From contig NC_043005.1 of assembly GCF_006345805.1 (NCBI RefSeq), positions 56,544,001 to 56,608,000 on the forward strand: DNA of 64,000 bases, given 5' to 3'. The number at the start of each line of letters is the position of its first letter. Positions within the stretch are counted from its first letter, which is position 1. This DNA is from Octopus sinensis. Its lineage: Eukaryota. The position numbers and the translations under genes were made by a program. The notes below the pieces were generated by a model that saw only the letters and a list, made by a program, of their open reading frames with translations, was not told the DNA's origin and did no database searches. Positions 39,111 through 52,498 of this stretch are shown one piece after another.

Positions 39111-39574
39111 TAATTCTGCCTTAAGTAAAAAAAAAATCACTATAACTATTTTCTTACTAAATCTTATCGATTCTAAACTAATAGTCCTTTTCAGGGCTAA
39201 CTACAATCAGTTGTTGACGATTGCTTTTGTAAACTCTCTCTTAACTAGTTCTCTAATCTGGATTTTGTAAACTTGGTGCACAAGGAAAGAAACGTTCAGT
39301 TTCCAGTAACTGAGTCCTTGTTTACATACAACATATCCGGGACAATTATAAATCACAAAGCCGGAAGATACGAACAAATGGGGGAGGTGGCTTCAAGCAA
39401 CGATTCACTAACACCACCACCCAGCAGCTGTTTCCCTAGCACTAACAAGAGCATCATCCTGTCAGCACCACCACCACCACCGCTATCACAGACACCACGA
39501 TCACAAATACAAGCACAACCTTCAATAGTGGACAACCTATGCTATCTCCATCTACTGACCTACAGAATAATTTT

Positions 39575-40400
39575 TCTAGAAACGATCAGTATGACCTGAT
39601 GCTGTTTGGCCCTGTACACATTGACACATTTGGATAATATTGTCGGTACCTCGCAGTCAGTTGGAAACGACTGAGTAGGTTTTCGAAACTATTTGCTAAC
39701 CATACACAATCTGGAATTGCGTAGATTGTGGTGTCTTGATTGCCTTCTAGTACTAAACTACGATGCATTCTGGTCGCCTGAAGAAATCCTGTCGTCCCGC
39801 CCCAGTCGGATCATAAAGAGCGACTAATCTAAAGGCACAATCTTAGATAATGTCCACGTCAAGGAATGCCAACTTACCGTTCTGATCCAGGAAGATCGAC
39901 CGTATATTGAGACCCAGGCCTTTCCAAAACAGCACCACAACCCCGCCCAGCATTCCAGGCCAAGTAAGATGTGCGAAGATCTCAGTAGCCCAAAATAGGT
40001 GCTAAGGCACGTCTGTCGTGAACCCTAGATTCGACGATAGTTATCACATTCAAGCCTAATGACCTGAAGTCATTGAGCAGACGACTCTGCTTCCAGAGAG
40101 ACCTCCAGGCCATCTGCACCACTCTCCGAGATACTATGTTGGTAGAAAAGAAAGAAGAAAGGTAACAGATTATTGACTCATTTCGTGGTCCCGGAAACCA
40201 AGTGACTCAGTCTCCATGAAATTCTGAGAGTCCTTCCGGAAGTCCTTTAAGGGTCTACTGCTGTCCCTTGCACTGGAGACTCCCACATCACTGGGAAAAT
40301 CGTCTTTCAATATTTAGTATGTCTCAAAGTCCAGCCGCATTAATTTCAAAATTTTTGACTCTCTGAAACTGCCGGGCCTGTATATCTCCCTCTGTTTTCA
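39575..40400 (-). mobile_element. Tx1/L1 LINE relic: APE endonuclease
   Basis: SLWKQSRLLNDFRSLGLNVITIVESR...GGVVVLFWKGLGLNIRSIFLDQNGKLAFLDV..FRLVALYDPTGAGRQDFFRR...SLVLEGN...LLSRFQLTARYR; frameshifted. Confidence 0.85.
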
Positions 40401-41569
40401 ACGTTTTCCTTTTGTACAATAAAGGATATCAGTTTTTATTCGTGCTCCAGCAAAAATAATTATTATTGTTTCAAATTTTGGCACAAGGCCAGCAATTTCA
40501 GAGTAGCGACATAAGCCGGTGAAATCGACCACAGTACTCAATTGGTGTGTATTCAATCGACCCCGAAAGGATGAAATGCATTTGAACTCAGAACGTAAAG
40601 GCGAACGAAATGCCGCTAAGTATTTTGCCCAGCGTGCCTGAAATTTTGAGGGGAGGGTTTAAGTCGATAAGATCGATCCCAGTACTCAAATGGTACTTAA
40701 TTCATCGATCCCGAAAGGATGAAAAGCAAAGTCGACCTCAGTGAAATCAGAACATAGCGACGTCGAGATACCGCTAAGCATTTTGCCCGGCTGCTAATGA
40801 TTCTACTAGCTCGCTATCCTCTTACTAATACTAATAATAGTAATAATGATAATCGGTAGAGGTAAAGAATACGCACACCACATGTTTTCGGCGTAGCCCT
40901 AACCTTAACACTAACCGTAACCCTAAACGCCGAAAACGGGTGGCTTGCGTATTCTTTACCTTCGCTTGATAATCCTTTTTACTATAGACACAGGATCTGA
41001 AATTTTGTAGGAAGAACTCGTCAATAACATCGACCCCAGTACTTGACTGGTACTTTATTTTATCAATCTTAGATTGATAAAAGAAAAATTTGACCTCAGC
41101 ATGATTTGAACACAGCAATATTATTCATTTCTAGTTTAGTCATTTTGTTTCTAGTTTAGTAATTTTAGTTTCTAGTAATTTTGAAAATAGGGAGTTAGTC
41201 AATACCAGTGATACTTGACTAGTACTCTATTTTATCACCACCCGAAAGGATTAAAGGCAAAGTTGACTGCAGAAGGATCAACTCTTTGCTTTTGATCCTT
41301 TCGGTATCAATAACAGCTTTTTCAGCAACTAAGAATAAGAAAAATGTAATTAAAAGATATTAATAATAATGATTGACTTACCAGGAATATGCTTGCAGGA
41401 CCTCATCTTTATATATATATATATATGTACATATATTCGATTACATATATTCGTATTTTAATGATATTCCATTGTAGATGAGTTATTGCCGACCGTTCTG
41501 TACCAGCGTTCGAGCTCAAACATTCAAACGAAACGATCCTATGATGTAAACATAAGCTCATATATTTCG

Positions 41570-42104
41570 TACTGTTATTTTTCGCTCTCTTTCTTTCCCT
41601 CTCTCTTTCTCTTTGCTTCTCTCTCTTTCCTTCCCTCTCTTTATCTTACTGTCTATCTATATGACTCTCACACTTTTTACCACTCTGTCTATTTTTTCTA
41701 CATCGCTTTGACTCTTTTCGTTATTATCTCTCCCTCGCTCTCTCTTCCTCTCTTACTTTCCCTCTCCCTCTCCCTCTCCCTCCTCTCTCTCCTACGTATC
41801 CATCAATCTCTTATAATTCCCTTCTTATCTATTTTTATTTTTTTCTGTATCGTTATTTCTTCTCTTTCTCTTTCTCCACATCTCTTACTATCTCTCATTT
41901 TCTCACTCTCCCTCTCTCTTATTCTTTCTCGCTCACTCTCGTTCACTCCCTCTTCTTTCTTTCCTTCTCTCTTCCTCTCCCCTTCTCTCTCCCCATTTCT
42001 CATCCCGCTCTCTCTCTCTCTCTCTCTTACCTCGTCTCGCGCTATCTCTCATTCCCTCTGTCTCGTGCACTCTCGCTCTCTCTCTCTCTCACACACACAC
42101 ACAC

Positions 42105-42148
<44 letters not shown>

Positions 42149-42152
42149 TCTT

Positions 42153-42188
<36 letters not shown>

Positions 42189-42245
42189 TCTTTCTCTCTC
42201 TCTCACACACACTCCTTTCTCTCTCTCTCTCTTTCTCTTTCTTCT
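41570..42245. repeat. Long CT-rich polypyrimidine tract with (CT)n/(CA)n
   Basis: Seen directly; explains the 253-aa S/L/F ORF. Confidence 0.95.
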
Positions 42246-43133
42246 AACTTTTCCATTTTAACATTGTTCTTTCCCCTTTCGAAACTATGTGTATGTTGAC
42301 AATTTGTTGTTTAGCCCTTTTTCAGCCCTGACGGCTGAGCAGACCTCAGATGAGAGGCGTTCCAGCCAGCCACTCACGACCATTCCGTCATTTTCTCAAA
42401 CATTTCATATCTACAGCCACCTCATCCAATGTATCCATCTTTTTCTCAACTCAACAAGATGTCATTTTAGGGTGATTTGGCTGCTACAAAGCAAGGTGAA
42501 CAACCACATCTAAACTCATTCTTTGGATCTCTCCCTAAATATTAATTGCTCTTAAGGCGGTGAGCTGACAAAACCTTTAGCATGCCGAGCAAAATGCATA
42601 ACGGCATTTCATCCGTCTTAACGTTCTTTGTTCAAATTTTGCTGAGGTCGACTTTACCCTTCATCCTTTCGAGGTCGATAAAATAAGTAACAGCTGAACA
42701 TTAGGGCCTATGTAATCAACATCATTGCCATACCTCTGTAGGAATTACGAAGTACACCTTCTTCGTAATTCCACTAGTTTGGAAATACACCAATAAACTA
42801 TAGTGGAAATCGGTGGCATGTGATATCAGCTAGCACCGTGTAACAGCAGGGATTTGATAAGGACCAGCAACTTTATCGTGTTTTGAAGGACCTCGTTATC
42901 TTCATGATTTATTTCTCTGGTTTTGTATCTGATGGCTTGATCAGCGGTAGCTGCTTGTCAGTTTTTTGGTACACGATTTTTCTTTAGTTTTTCTTTTTTT
43001 TTTACGCCTGTTTTCAGTTATACATTGATATTAATTCGATGTCAACAAATTCATAAGTTTGATCATAACTTGTTTGTTAGTTCTTTTTCCGAGTATCATG
43101 TTTCGATTCCATAAGGAACTTTTTGAAAGTTAT

Positions 43134-43176
<43 letters not shown>

Positions 43177-43189
43177 TACATACATACAT

Positions 43190-43226
<37 letters not shown>

Positions 43227-43229
<3 letters not shown>

Positions 43230-43495
43230 AGGCGCAATGGCCCAGTGGTTAGGGCAGCGGACTCGCGGTTTCGATTCCCAGACCGGATGTTGTGAGTGTT
43301 TATTGAGCGAAAACACCTATAAGCTCCACCTGCTGTACTCTTTCGCCACAGCTTTCTCTCACTCTTTCTTCTGTTGGCCTGCTCGCTTAGCCAGCGGGGT
43401 GACGTCATTTGAAGGCTAAAACAATGCGAAGCGCATTGTGACCAGCGATGCGTAGCAACATCTGATAGTCTGGTCGGTCACGGTTATCACGGTGA
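43227..43495 (+). mobile_element. SINE with head C (GGAGGCGCAATGGCCCAGTGGTTAGGGCAG)
   Basis: The same head is at about 37900-38020(-) with a different tail; the tail is shared with 61368-61480(-). Confidence 0.78.
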
Positions 43496-43540
43496 TATAT
43501 ATATATATAATTAGATAAAGATAGTAATGGCGCGTCTAAG

Positions 43541-43599
43541 GGATTATCCTGGTTTTCACGTCTATAAAGTGCTTAGCTTTACAGCGTGTCTTCAGAGCC
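43541..43599 (-). ncRNA. Partly degenerate hammerhead-like motif
   Basis: GGCT-CTGAAGA-C-ACG CTGTAAAG CTAAGCA CTTTATAG A CGT-GAAA-ACCAGGA-TA-ATCC; one mismatch each in stems I and III. Confidence 0.55.
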
Positions 43600-43904
43600 T
43601 AATGTGTGTGGGGGTGGGGGGGGTGAGTGTGTGTATACGATGGGTTTACACACAGTTTCCATCTACCGAATTTACTTACACTCCACTGGTTGGCCTACTG
43701 CTATAGTAGAGGACACATGTCCTAGGTACCACACAGCGGTACTGAACCCGAAACCTCGTGGTTGCAAAGCAAGCTTCTCAAAAATTAAAAGTCATGCCTG
43801 CACCCATATGCGAGAAATGCTTAGTTACTATTCGAACATATCGAGCTAGCATTCATACAATTGTCTTTAACGTAGATGTAAAACAAGTTGTTTACTATAC
43901 GTTA

Positions 43905-44304
43905 CTAGCAGTATAGCCCGGCGGTGCTCGGGTTTGTTTTCATTTTGACCCTTCAGAATTGGAATTTTTGAAAAGTAAAAATTTTGCATTATGTAGATTG
44001 TTATTCTCTTTAAGGGAATATTTTTTGGTTGAAATACACCGAAAAATGGCGACACAGCAGTCAAAAAATCGTAAAAAATAGGGATTTTCATAGAAAAAAA
44101 AGCACCTTTTTGATGTAAATAATATTTGGTGTTAACATGGTCCGATTTGAATTTTATCTTCTACGGAATGAAGAGCAAGCCTTATTCTATCATACTCTCA
44201 ATTTTGATCAACTTGCGCCGCAGGGTCTCAGAGGAGATAGTGTTAGTTGAAGGCTACCAAACCTGCCACACACACACAGACAACTTCAGCTTTATATATA
44301 TAGA
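43905..44304 (-). mobile_element. Non-autonomous Helitron-like element
   Basis: Reverse-strand copy with the same 3' hairpin and CTAG end, and a TCTATATATATAAAG start. Confidence 0.78.
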
Positions 44305-44574
44305 TTTGGATGAAAGATAGAGAAAGACAAAACTCGTGATGTCTCTGCTCGTGATGACCATGTAGTGTCGATTCCTACGTGTGGTGCAGAGAGAAACCAG
44401 AAAGATATTGCAAGCATGACACTCTTAAACCATCGCTACCAAAGTCATAATTTACAATTTGCAATTTTTAATTACGTTGTTACAACTCCCGCTCGCAACA
44501 ATTCATGTCGTTTCCTCTACGACTACAGCTGCTGCTTCATTAATTTTATTTAATCGCATTGGGAAGAGCAGCAC

Positions 44575-44598
44575 AGACACACACACATACATACATTC

Positions 44599-44641
<43 letters not shown>

Positions 44642-44650
44642 CATACATTC

Positions 44651-44695
<45 letters not shown>

Positions 44696-44704
44696 CATAC
44701 ATTC

Positions 44705-44757
<53 letters not shown>

Positions 44758-45009
44758 TATGCGTGTGAGTGTGTGTGTGTACACACATACACATATACAG
44801 CTGTATATATATGTATATATATACATATATATGTGTGTGTGTGCGTGTGTACACACATACACATATACAGCTGTATATATATATACGTATATATATGTGT
44901 GTGTGTGTGTGTGCGTGTGTGTGTGCCTGTATTTTACTGTAAATGTATGTATATACATATATGTATATATATATACATATATATATACATATATATATAT
45001 ATACATTAA

Positions 45010-45047
<38 letters not shown>

Positions 45048-45305
45048 GTATATATGTCTGTATATATGTATATATATATGTATATATATATTATATACAT
45101 GTATATATATATGTATATATATCTGTATATATGTATATATATATGTATATATATGTATATATATTATATACATGTATATATATGTATATATATCTATATA
45201 TATGTATATATATATGTATATATATCTATATATATGTATATATATACATGCATTTTTATATGTGCGTATATATATGTATATATAGACATGTGTGTGTGTG
45301 TGTGC
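44575..45305. repeat. Compound (TA)/(TG)/(CA) microsatellite field; similar fields at 47990-48580, 61640-61910 and 1875-2390
   Basis: Seen directly; source of the YI/CV/TH-repeat ORFs. Confidence 0.95.
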
Positions 45306-45581
45306 ATGTTCCTGCTTCTCTGTCTATGTTGGTGTGTGTGTTGAGCTAATGGCTGCAGTAGTTAATTAAAAACGTGATGGCTTTCGTTCTCTTACTACTA
45401 ATTCAAATCCATTCACGAACGAGTGACAGTCTGTGGGTTCTCCTGCCCCTCGTCCCAGGTGTCTGGCAAACAAATCGTTTGCACGTTGCATATGGAAGTT
45501 TAGGTCAAGCACAGAACAAAAAAAAAATGTCGATACTTCAACATTTAATTGTTTCTCTACACTGAAACAACGAATATATAC

Positions 45582-45659
<78 letters not shown>

Positions 45660-46517
45660 GCACACTATGCAGGGTCGCTAGACTGATGACGGAATGTCGT
45701 CCATTATATATTTTTTTCCGGCACTCATCGATCTAAGATGAAAATAAAAGTTTTAAAAAAACGCTGAGGTCAACTTTGTCCTCTTTCATCTTTTCAGGAT
45801 TCATTGAAAAAAAGAGAGTCAAGACTATTGAAAAGGTTGCAAGACGCAACGAAAATTTTAGGAAAATAAGAATAAGAAATAAGTGGAAATTTTACCGGTG
45901 GGTGTGGAACATTATAAAGCACAAAAAAATGACTCTCCCCAGACACAATTGAAAAAAAGAATATCAGTCTTGGATGTTAGATTGGTGGAACTTTTAGAAG
46001 GTCGGTTGAGGTTTCTTGCAGTACCTGTACTGACTCGGCGTGTTCTGATAGTCATCTTCTGCGACGACATTAATGTAGCGATAGTACCCCAATAGCTTTT
46101 CCCTTTTAATTAAGACATCAGTGACATTAGGAAGGGAGACTTGTAGGCGTGGTCAACTGCTAGCCTTCCACAAAAAACCTTCTCCAAACCTCCACATTCA
46201 TGTACAAATACATGCTTGTCATTAACTGGCGAAGGCCCTACACCTAAGCATCATCATACATATTTACGTTGATTTATACAAAATGCTTAGTGGCATTTCT
46301 TCCGGTTCATTGCATTCTGGGTTCAGATGCCATCGACGTTGACTTTGCCTTTCATCCTTTCCAGAGAGAGGATCGATAAAATAAGTACCCAATTGAGTTC
46401 TGGGGTTGATGTAATCTATTTACCCATCTCCTCAAAATTGCTGGCCTTGTGTCGAAATTAGAAAGACTATTTAACTAGGTTTGAGCACTTAAAATTGTTC
46501 TAATACTTGAACATGTA

Positions 46518-46872
46518 TAGGGTGGTCCGAAAGTCTTGTCACCCCCTACTGAAAAGTACTAATAGAGGAAAAATATAATAATATCAAACACATGTACTGG
46601 TTTTAGTATATTCACTTTTATTGACACTGTCACACATCAAGAAGGTCTGTATGAATACCCTCATTTTCGTGGCACAAAATGATGCGACGCCATGTCGTGT
46701 GTGATATTTTACAAAGCTGTTGGCGTTCAAACAAACCTCGATGTCTGACAGTGTTAGAGTCAATGAAAGTGAATATACTAAAACCAGTACGTGTGTCTGA
46801 TATTACTATATTGTTTGTCTATTGTTCTTAGTACTTTTCGGTAGGAAGTGACAAGACTTTCGGAGCACCCAG
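46518..46872. mobile_element. Tc1-like MITE with long TIRs
   Basis: TA|TAGGGTGGTCCGAAAGTCTTGTCAC ... GTGACAAGACTTTCGGAGCACCCAG|TA; inverted similarity extends about 110 bp inward. Confidence 0.85.
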
Positions 46873-48397
46873 TACAATGCACAGTGTACATAACCCTTTT
46901 TATTTATTTATTTACCTTTGTGTCAAGACCTCCCAGTGTAATGGTCGGAAGGAAACAAGTTATCCTCAAACAGGAGGTTTGGACCGAATGCTAGCAGCAG
47001 AGTGAATTCTCTTAAAGGTAACGAAAGACTGGATGGGAGGGGACGCTTAAACAAGAGGGCTGAATAAGTCTTCCGTCCTTCAACTCAGAATGCAAAGGAC
47101 CGAAAGAAATACTACAATATACCATTTTTTCTTTGATGCTTAACAATCCTACAAATCCACCAGTCTGGTTGCTTGACCCTAAAAGGATGAACGGTAAAGT
47201 TGACAGTGGGGAGATTTGAACTTAAAATGCAAGAAGCACTTTTTTTCCTTTCTGCCAAAATGCACAAGGTCTGAAATTTTATTTGGGTGGGAGGAGTGGG
47301 GGTAGTCAACTACATCGACTCCAGGGCTTAATAATAATAATAATAGTTTCAAATTTTACCACAAGGGCAGCAATTTCGGGGAAGGGGATGAGTCAATTAC
47401 ATTGACTCCAGTGTTTAACAGGTACTTATCATATCGACCCCGAAAGGATGAAAGGCAAAGTCGACCTCGGCGACATTTGAACCAAGAACGCAAAACAAAG
47501 AAGTGCCGCTAAGCACTTTGCCCGTCGTACTAACGATTCAGCCAGCTTGCCACCTTTCGCCACCTAATATCTTAGCTATTTTGCTACTGCACTTACGATA
47601 GTTAGATCACCCATATTTAGATCATATTTATGCACAAACACATATACACAAGCTCTCTCACACACACACACACACTTTCTTTACATATTCAGACATTAAG
47701 GCAGCATCAAGTGCACAGATCTAGGTAAACATGTATGACAATTCTTCGGTGTAGGTAAGCAATTAAAATTGAATGTTGAAGTAAATTGTCGTCTCATTTT
47801 CTCCTTTGTATATGACCTCAGACTTCGTACCACAACATGCACACATTACTTTTGCCAGACATCTGGGTTGAGGGGGAGGAAACCGCAGCCTGTCACCCGT
47901 CGTTCAACGGGCTTAAGTTAGCAACAAGAGAGTAGGTGACATCACGTTTTCAATTAATTGCAGCCGTCGCCTCAACGTATCTCCATATATAAACAGACAG
48001 ACACACACAAATATATACATACGTACATATATATATACATACATATATATATATACATACATATACATACATACATATATATACATACATATACATACAT
48101 ACATATATATACATACATATACATACATACATATATATACATACATACATACATATATACATATATATACATACATACATACATATATACATATATATAC
48201 ATACATACATACATATATACATATAACGGGAAGCTTTATGAAAATAAACAGACGAAGGCATGGAAACACGAACATATATATATACAAACGAACATATATA
48301 CATATATATACATATATACATATATATACATACATACATATATATACATACATACATACATATACATACATACATATACATACATACATATACATAC

Positions 48398-48431
<34 letters not shown>

Positions 48432-48449
48432 ATACACGCATACATACAT

Positions 48450-48494
<45 letters not shown>

Positions 48495-48773
48495 CGCATA
48501 CATACATATATATATACGCATACATACATATATACGCATACATACATATATATATACATGTACACACACGCATGCATATGCGCATGTAAACTAATGATAG
48601 AAAAGAAAAGTACTAAACACCTATTGCGTAAGTTAACTGTATGTATTAACAGGTTGACTTAAACCCACATTACTAGTTTCTTAGACGCAATCAATGAGCC
48701 AGACGTCACTACATCACGTCTAGCTGATTGGATGTTTTAGGGTGCCGCGCGCGCGCGCGCGCGCGTGTGTGTG

Positions 48774-48831
<58 letters not shown>

Positions 48832-49662
48832 GAGTGGTGATGGTGGTTGTACGAACTTCCACACAGTTTCTGTTTACCAAACTACATACATAAAGTATTT
48901 GTTACTTTACTACCCACAAGGGGCTAAACATAGAGGGGACAAACAAGGACAGACAAAGGGATTAAGTCGATTACATCGACCCCCAGTGCGTAACTGGTAC
49001 TTAATTTATCGACCCGGAAAGGATGAAAGGCAAAGTAGACCTCGGCGGAATTTGAACTCGGAACGTAATGGCAGACGAAATACGGCTACGCATTTCACTC
49101 GGCGTGCTAGCGGTTCTGGCAGCTCGCCGCCTTACAAACTACATACATAAAGTATTGTCCAAACTGAAACGCTCGAAACTACAGTACGAGAGCACGCAAT
49201 GAAACTACAGTGCAAGAGCACGCATTGAAACTACAGTACAAGAGCACGCAATGAAACCGAACTTGGAAGCACGTGATTACAAAGCGTATTTCTAAAGCAC
49301 GTAACCATCATGCTTTCATAAACAATTACGTTTTCTTCTTACAAGTTACGATGATCCTGTCATCTTATGCTAATATCGGACTGTCTTTTGCTAGATAACG
49401 AGTCCGTTGTTAGATTTTTCTATGTATTCAGAATCAGTAGTTGACCAATTCTATAGATGATCCGTTGATATGATAACTAGAAGTTTACATTCTCAAATCT
49501 ATCCCCAATTAATAAGGGTTTTCTTTTTCGCAGACACACAATTCTTCTGTAACTTTAGTAGAAGAGAAAGAGAGCAATCTGTCTCTCATGCCTTTCGGAA
49601 TTATGTTTTAATCGAAATAAGTTTTCCAGTAACGAAATCATTTGCTATATTGATATAGAATA

Positions 49663-50150
49663 AGGCGGTGAGCTGGCAGAAACGTTAGCACGCCGGGCGA
49701 AATGTTTAGCGGTATTTCGTCTGCCGCTACGTTCTGAGTTCAAATTCCACCGAAATCGACTTTGCCTTTCATCCTTTCGGGGTCGATTAAATAAATACCA
49801 GTTACGCACTGGGGTCGATATAATCGACTTAATCCGTTTGTCTGTCCTTGTTTGTCCTGTCTGTGTTTAGCCCCTTGTGGGTAGTAAAGAAACAGGTATT
49901 TCGTCTGCCGCTACGTTCTGAGGTCAAATTCCGCCGAAGTCGACTTTGCCTTTCATCCTTTCGGTGTCGATTAAATAAGTACCAGTTACGCACTGGGGTC
50001 GATATAATCGACTTAATCCGTTTGTTTGTCCTTGTTTGTCCTGTCTGTGTTTAGCCCCTTGTAGGTAGTAAAGAAATAGGTATTTCACCCATTGCGACGT
50101 TCCAAGTTCTTGTTTGTATCCTCTGTGTGTTGCCCCTTGTGGGCAGTAAA
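49663..50150 (+). mobile_element. SINE family B, tandem multimer
   Basis: Head TAAGGCGGTGAGCTGGCAGAAACGTTAGCACGCCGGGCG...GAGTTCAAATTCC; the body is repeated after junctions near 49896 and 50078. Other family B copies at about 4000-4228, 6690-7320, 15600-15790, 24530-24660, 31475-31690, 40470-40815, 42555-42720, 46270-46470, 47150-47560, 48905-49135, 50805-51000. Confidence 0.88.
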
Positions 50151-50364
50151 GAAATAAGAATCGTTTACTCGACGGACAAAATGCTTAACATTTCCTCCGT
50201 CATTACGTTCTGAGTTCACATTCCACCGAGGTCGACCTTGCTTCTCATCCTTTTGGGATCGAGAAAATCAGACCAGTTGAGTACCGGAGGTCGATGTAAC
50301 CGAATTACCCCAACCCCACCAAAATTTGCTTGCCTTGTGCCAAAATTTGAAACCAATATTAATA

Positions 50365-50795
50365 GGCGTAGGAGTGGCTGTGTGGTAAGTAGCTTGCTTA
50401 CGAACCACATGGTTAGGGGTTCAGTCCCACTGCGTGTAACCTTGGGCAAGTGTCTTCTACTATAGCCTCGGGCCGACAAAAGCCTTGTGAGTGGATTTGG
50501 TAGAGGGAAACTGAAAGAAGCCCGTTGTATATATATGTATATATATATACATACATATGTGTGTGTGTGTGTGTGTGTACGTGTGTGTGTTGTGTGTCTG
50601 TATTTGCCCCCCAACATCGCTTGACAACCAATGCTGGTGTGTTTACGTCCCTGTAACTTAGCGGTTCGGTAAAAGAGACCGATAGAATAAGTACTGAGCT
50701 TACAAAGAATAAGTCCTGGGGTCGATTTGCTCGACTAAAAGACGGTGCTCCAGCATGGCCACAGTCAAATAACTGAAACAAGTAAAAGAGTAAAA
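50365..50795 (+). mobile_element. tRNA-derived SINE family A, complete copy
   Basis: tRNA-like head GGCGTAGGAGTGGCTGTGTGGTAAGTAGCTTGCTT...GGTTCAGTCCC, internal (TA)/(TG) tract, tail ending GACTGAAACAAGTAAAAGAG-like repeats. Other copies at about 14657-15087(-), 17604-17997(-), 27815-28160(+), 51012-51654(-), 51966-52361(-); tail-only pieces at 3000-3170, 33800-33985, 61915-62100, 62170-62295. Confidence 0.9.
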
Positions 50796-51224
50796 AAAGC
50801 ACAAGGTGGGAAGCTGACAGAATCGTTAGCGCGCCGGACAAACTGCTTTGCGGCATTTCGTCTGTTTTTACGTTTTGAGGTCGACCTTGCTTTTTATCCT
50901 TTCGGTATCGATAAAAAAAAGTACTACGGTTAAGCACTGACTTCGATGCAATCGACTCGCCCCCTTCTTCGAACTTGCTGACCCTGTGCCAAAGTTTCGA
51001 AGATACATACACTTTTACACTTTTACTTGTTTCAGTCATTTGACTGCGGCCATGCTGGAGCACCGCCTTTTAGTCAAATGAAATCAGGACTTATTCTTTG
51101 AAAGCCTAGTACTTATTCTATCGTTCTTTTGCCGAACCGCTAAGTTACGGGGACCTAAACACACCAGCATCGGTTGTCAAGCGATGTTGGGGGGACAAAC
51201 ACAGATACACAACATATACACACG

Positions 51225-51262
<38 letters not shown>

Positions 51263-51965
51263 GGAAATGAAGAAAATGCTGACAAAATAATTTAAGTAAT
51301 TTAATTAGGTAAAGTTCTTTTTACCGGTTGCGCATTTGTTATGCTTATCAAAAGTTTTTTCCTAGAAGAAAAAACTTTATTTTGTCAGCATTTTATTATT
51401 TTGTCAGCATTTTCTTCATTTCCTTTTTTATATATCACAACTCGTGTTCCACATCTCCTTTTTTATATATATATATATATATACGGCGGGCTTCTTTCAG
51501 TTTCCGTCTACCAAATCCACTCACAAGGCATTGGTCGGCCCTAAGCTATAGCAGAAGACACTTGCCCAAGGTGCCACGCAGTGGGACTGAACTCGGAACC
51601 ATGTGGTTGGTAAGTTGGTAAGCAAGCTACTTACTACATACCCACTCCTGCGCCTATTTGTTACATGGTAACAAATTCATAGTATTCACTTGAATTGACG
51701 TCCTTGTATACAGATTCAGATTAATTTTATACATCCCATCCCTCAGAGTTAAAAGATAATTTTTTATATGATTGTGTTGCGGATATATATATGATTTTAG
51801 CGAAGCGGAAGTAAGTAATGTATTCACGAGATGCAACTTCCAACTACCAACACGCGAGACTCCAAACGCCTTCTACCTTGCTCACGAGATGCGTTACTCG
51901 ATGTAAGAGTTCGATGAGTCTACTTTTTAATCCCATAAAGGTATTATGTCTATCATCACAACAGA

Positions 51966-52361
51966 ACTTGATCAGTCATTTGACTCTGGCCATGCTGGAG
52001 CACCGCCTTTAGTCGAGCAAATCGACCTCGGGACTTATTCTTTGTAAGCCCAGTACTTATTCTATCGGTCTCTTTTGCCGAACCGCTAAGTTATGGGGAC
52101 GTAAACACACCAGCATCGGTTGTCAAGCGATGTTGGGGAGACAAACACAGACACACAAACATACACACATTATATATATATATATATATATATATATACG
52201 ACGGACTTCTTTCAGTTTCCCTCTACCAAATCCACTCACAAGGCTTTGGTCGGCCCGAGGATATAGTAGAAGACACTTGCCCAAGGCGCCACGCAGTGGG
52301 ACTGAACCCGGAACCATGTGGTTCGTAAGCAAGCTACTTACCACACAGCCACTCCTACGCC
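51966..52361 (-). mobile_element. SINE family A copy, 19 nt downstream of the 5S copy
   Basis: Same head and tail as 50365-50795. Confidence 0.88.
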
Positions 52362-52380
52362 TATAAGTAAAATATGTGAC

Positions 52381-52498
52381 GCTTACAGCACCTAGGTTTC
52401 CCAAGCGGTCACCCATCTAAGTACTAACTAGGCTCGACGTTGCTTAGCTTCGGAGATCGGATAAGAACCGGTGCTTTCAACGTGATATGGCCTTTCGC
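52381..52498 (-). rRNA. Dispersed 5S rRNA copy, probably a pseudogene
   Basis: Minus strand reads GCGAAAGGCCATATCACGTTGAAAGCACCGGTTCTTATCCGATCTCCGAAGCTAAGCAACGTCGAGCCTAGTTAGTACTTAGATGGGTGACCGCTTGGGAAACCTAGGTGCTGTAAGC; box A is intact, the 5' end and box C are altered, and TTTT follows 8 nt downstream. Confidence 0.9.

Noticed and set aside
41380-41404. 25-nt segment ending in CTG|GTAAGT (minus)
   Set aside because: The acceptor lies in a (TA)n/A-rich context and the length would break the frame.
45676-45740. CTGATGA-CGGAA...TTCCG hammerhead candidate
   Set aside because: GAAA is replaced by GCAC and stem I does not form. Similarly rejected: about 1700-1745, 9855-9895, 54125-54160 and 61155-61200.
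41486-48662. Long ORFs rich in YI, CV, TH or SL dipeptides (also 12204-12842, 13219-13911 and many shorter ones)
   Set aside because: They are microsatellite translations with no domain signatures.
2494-52361. tRNA genes
   Set aside because: All tRNA-like A/B-box segments continue into SINE bodies; I found no standalone cloverleaf with a terminator.
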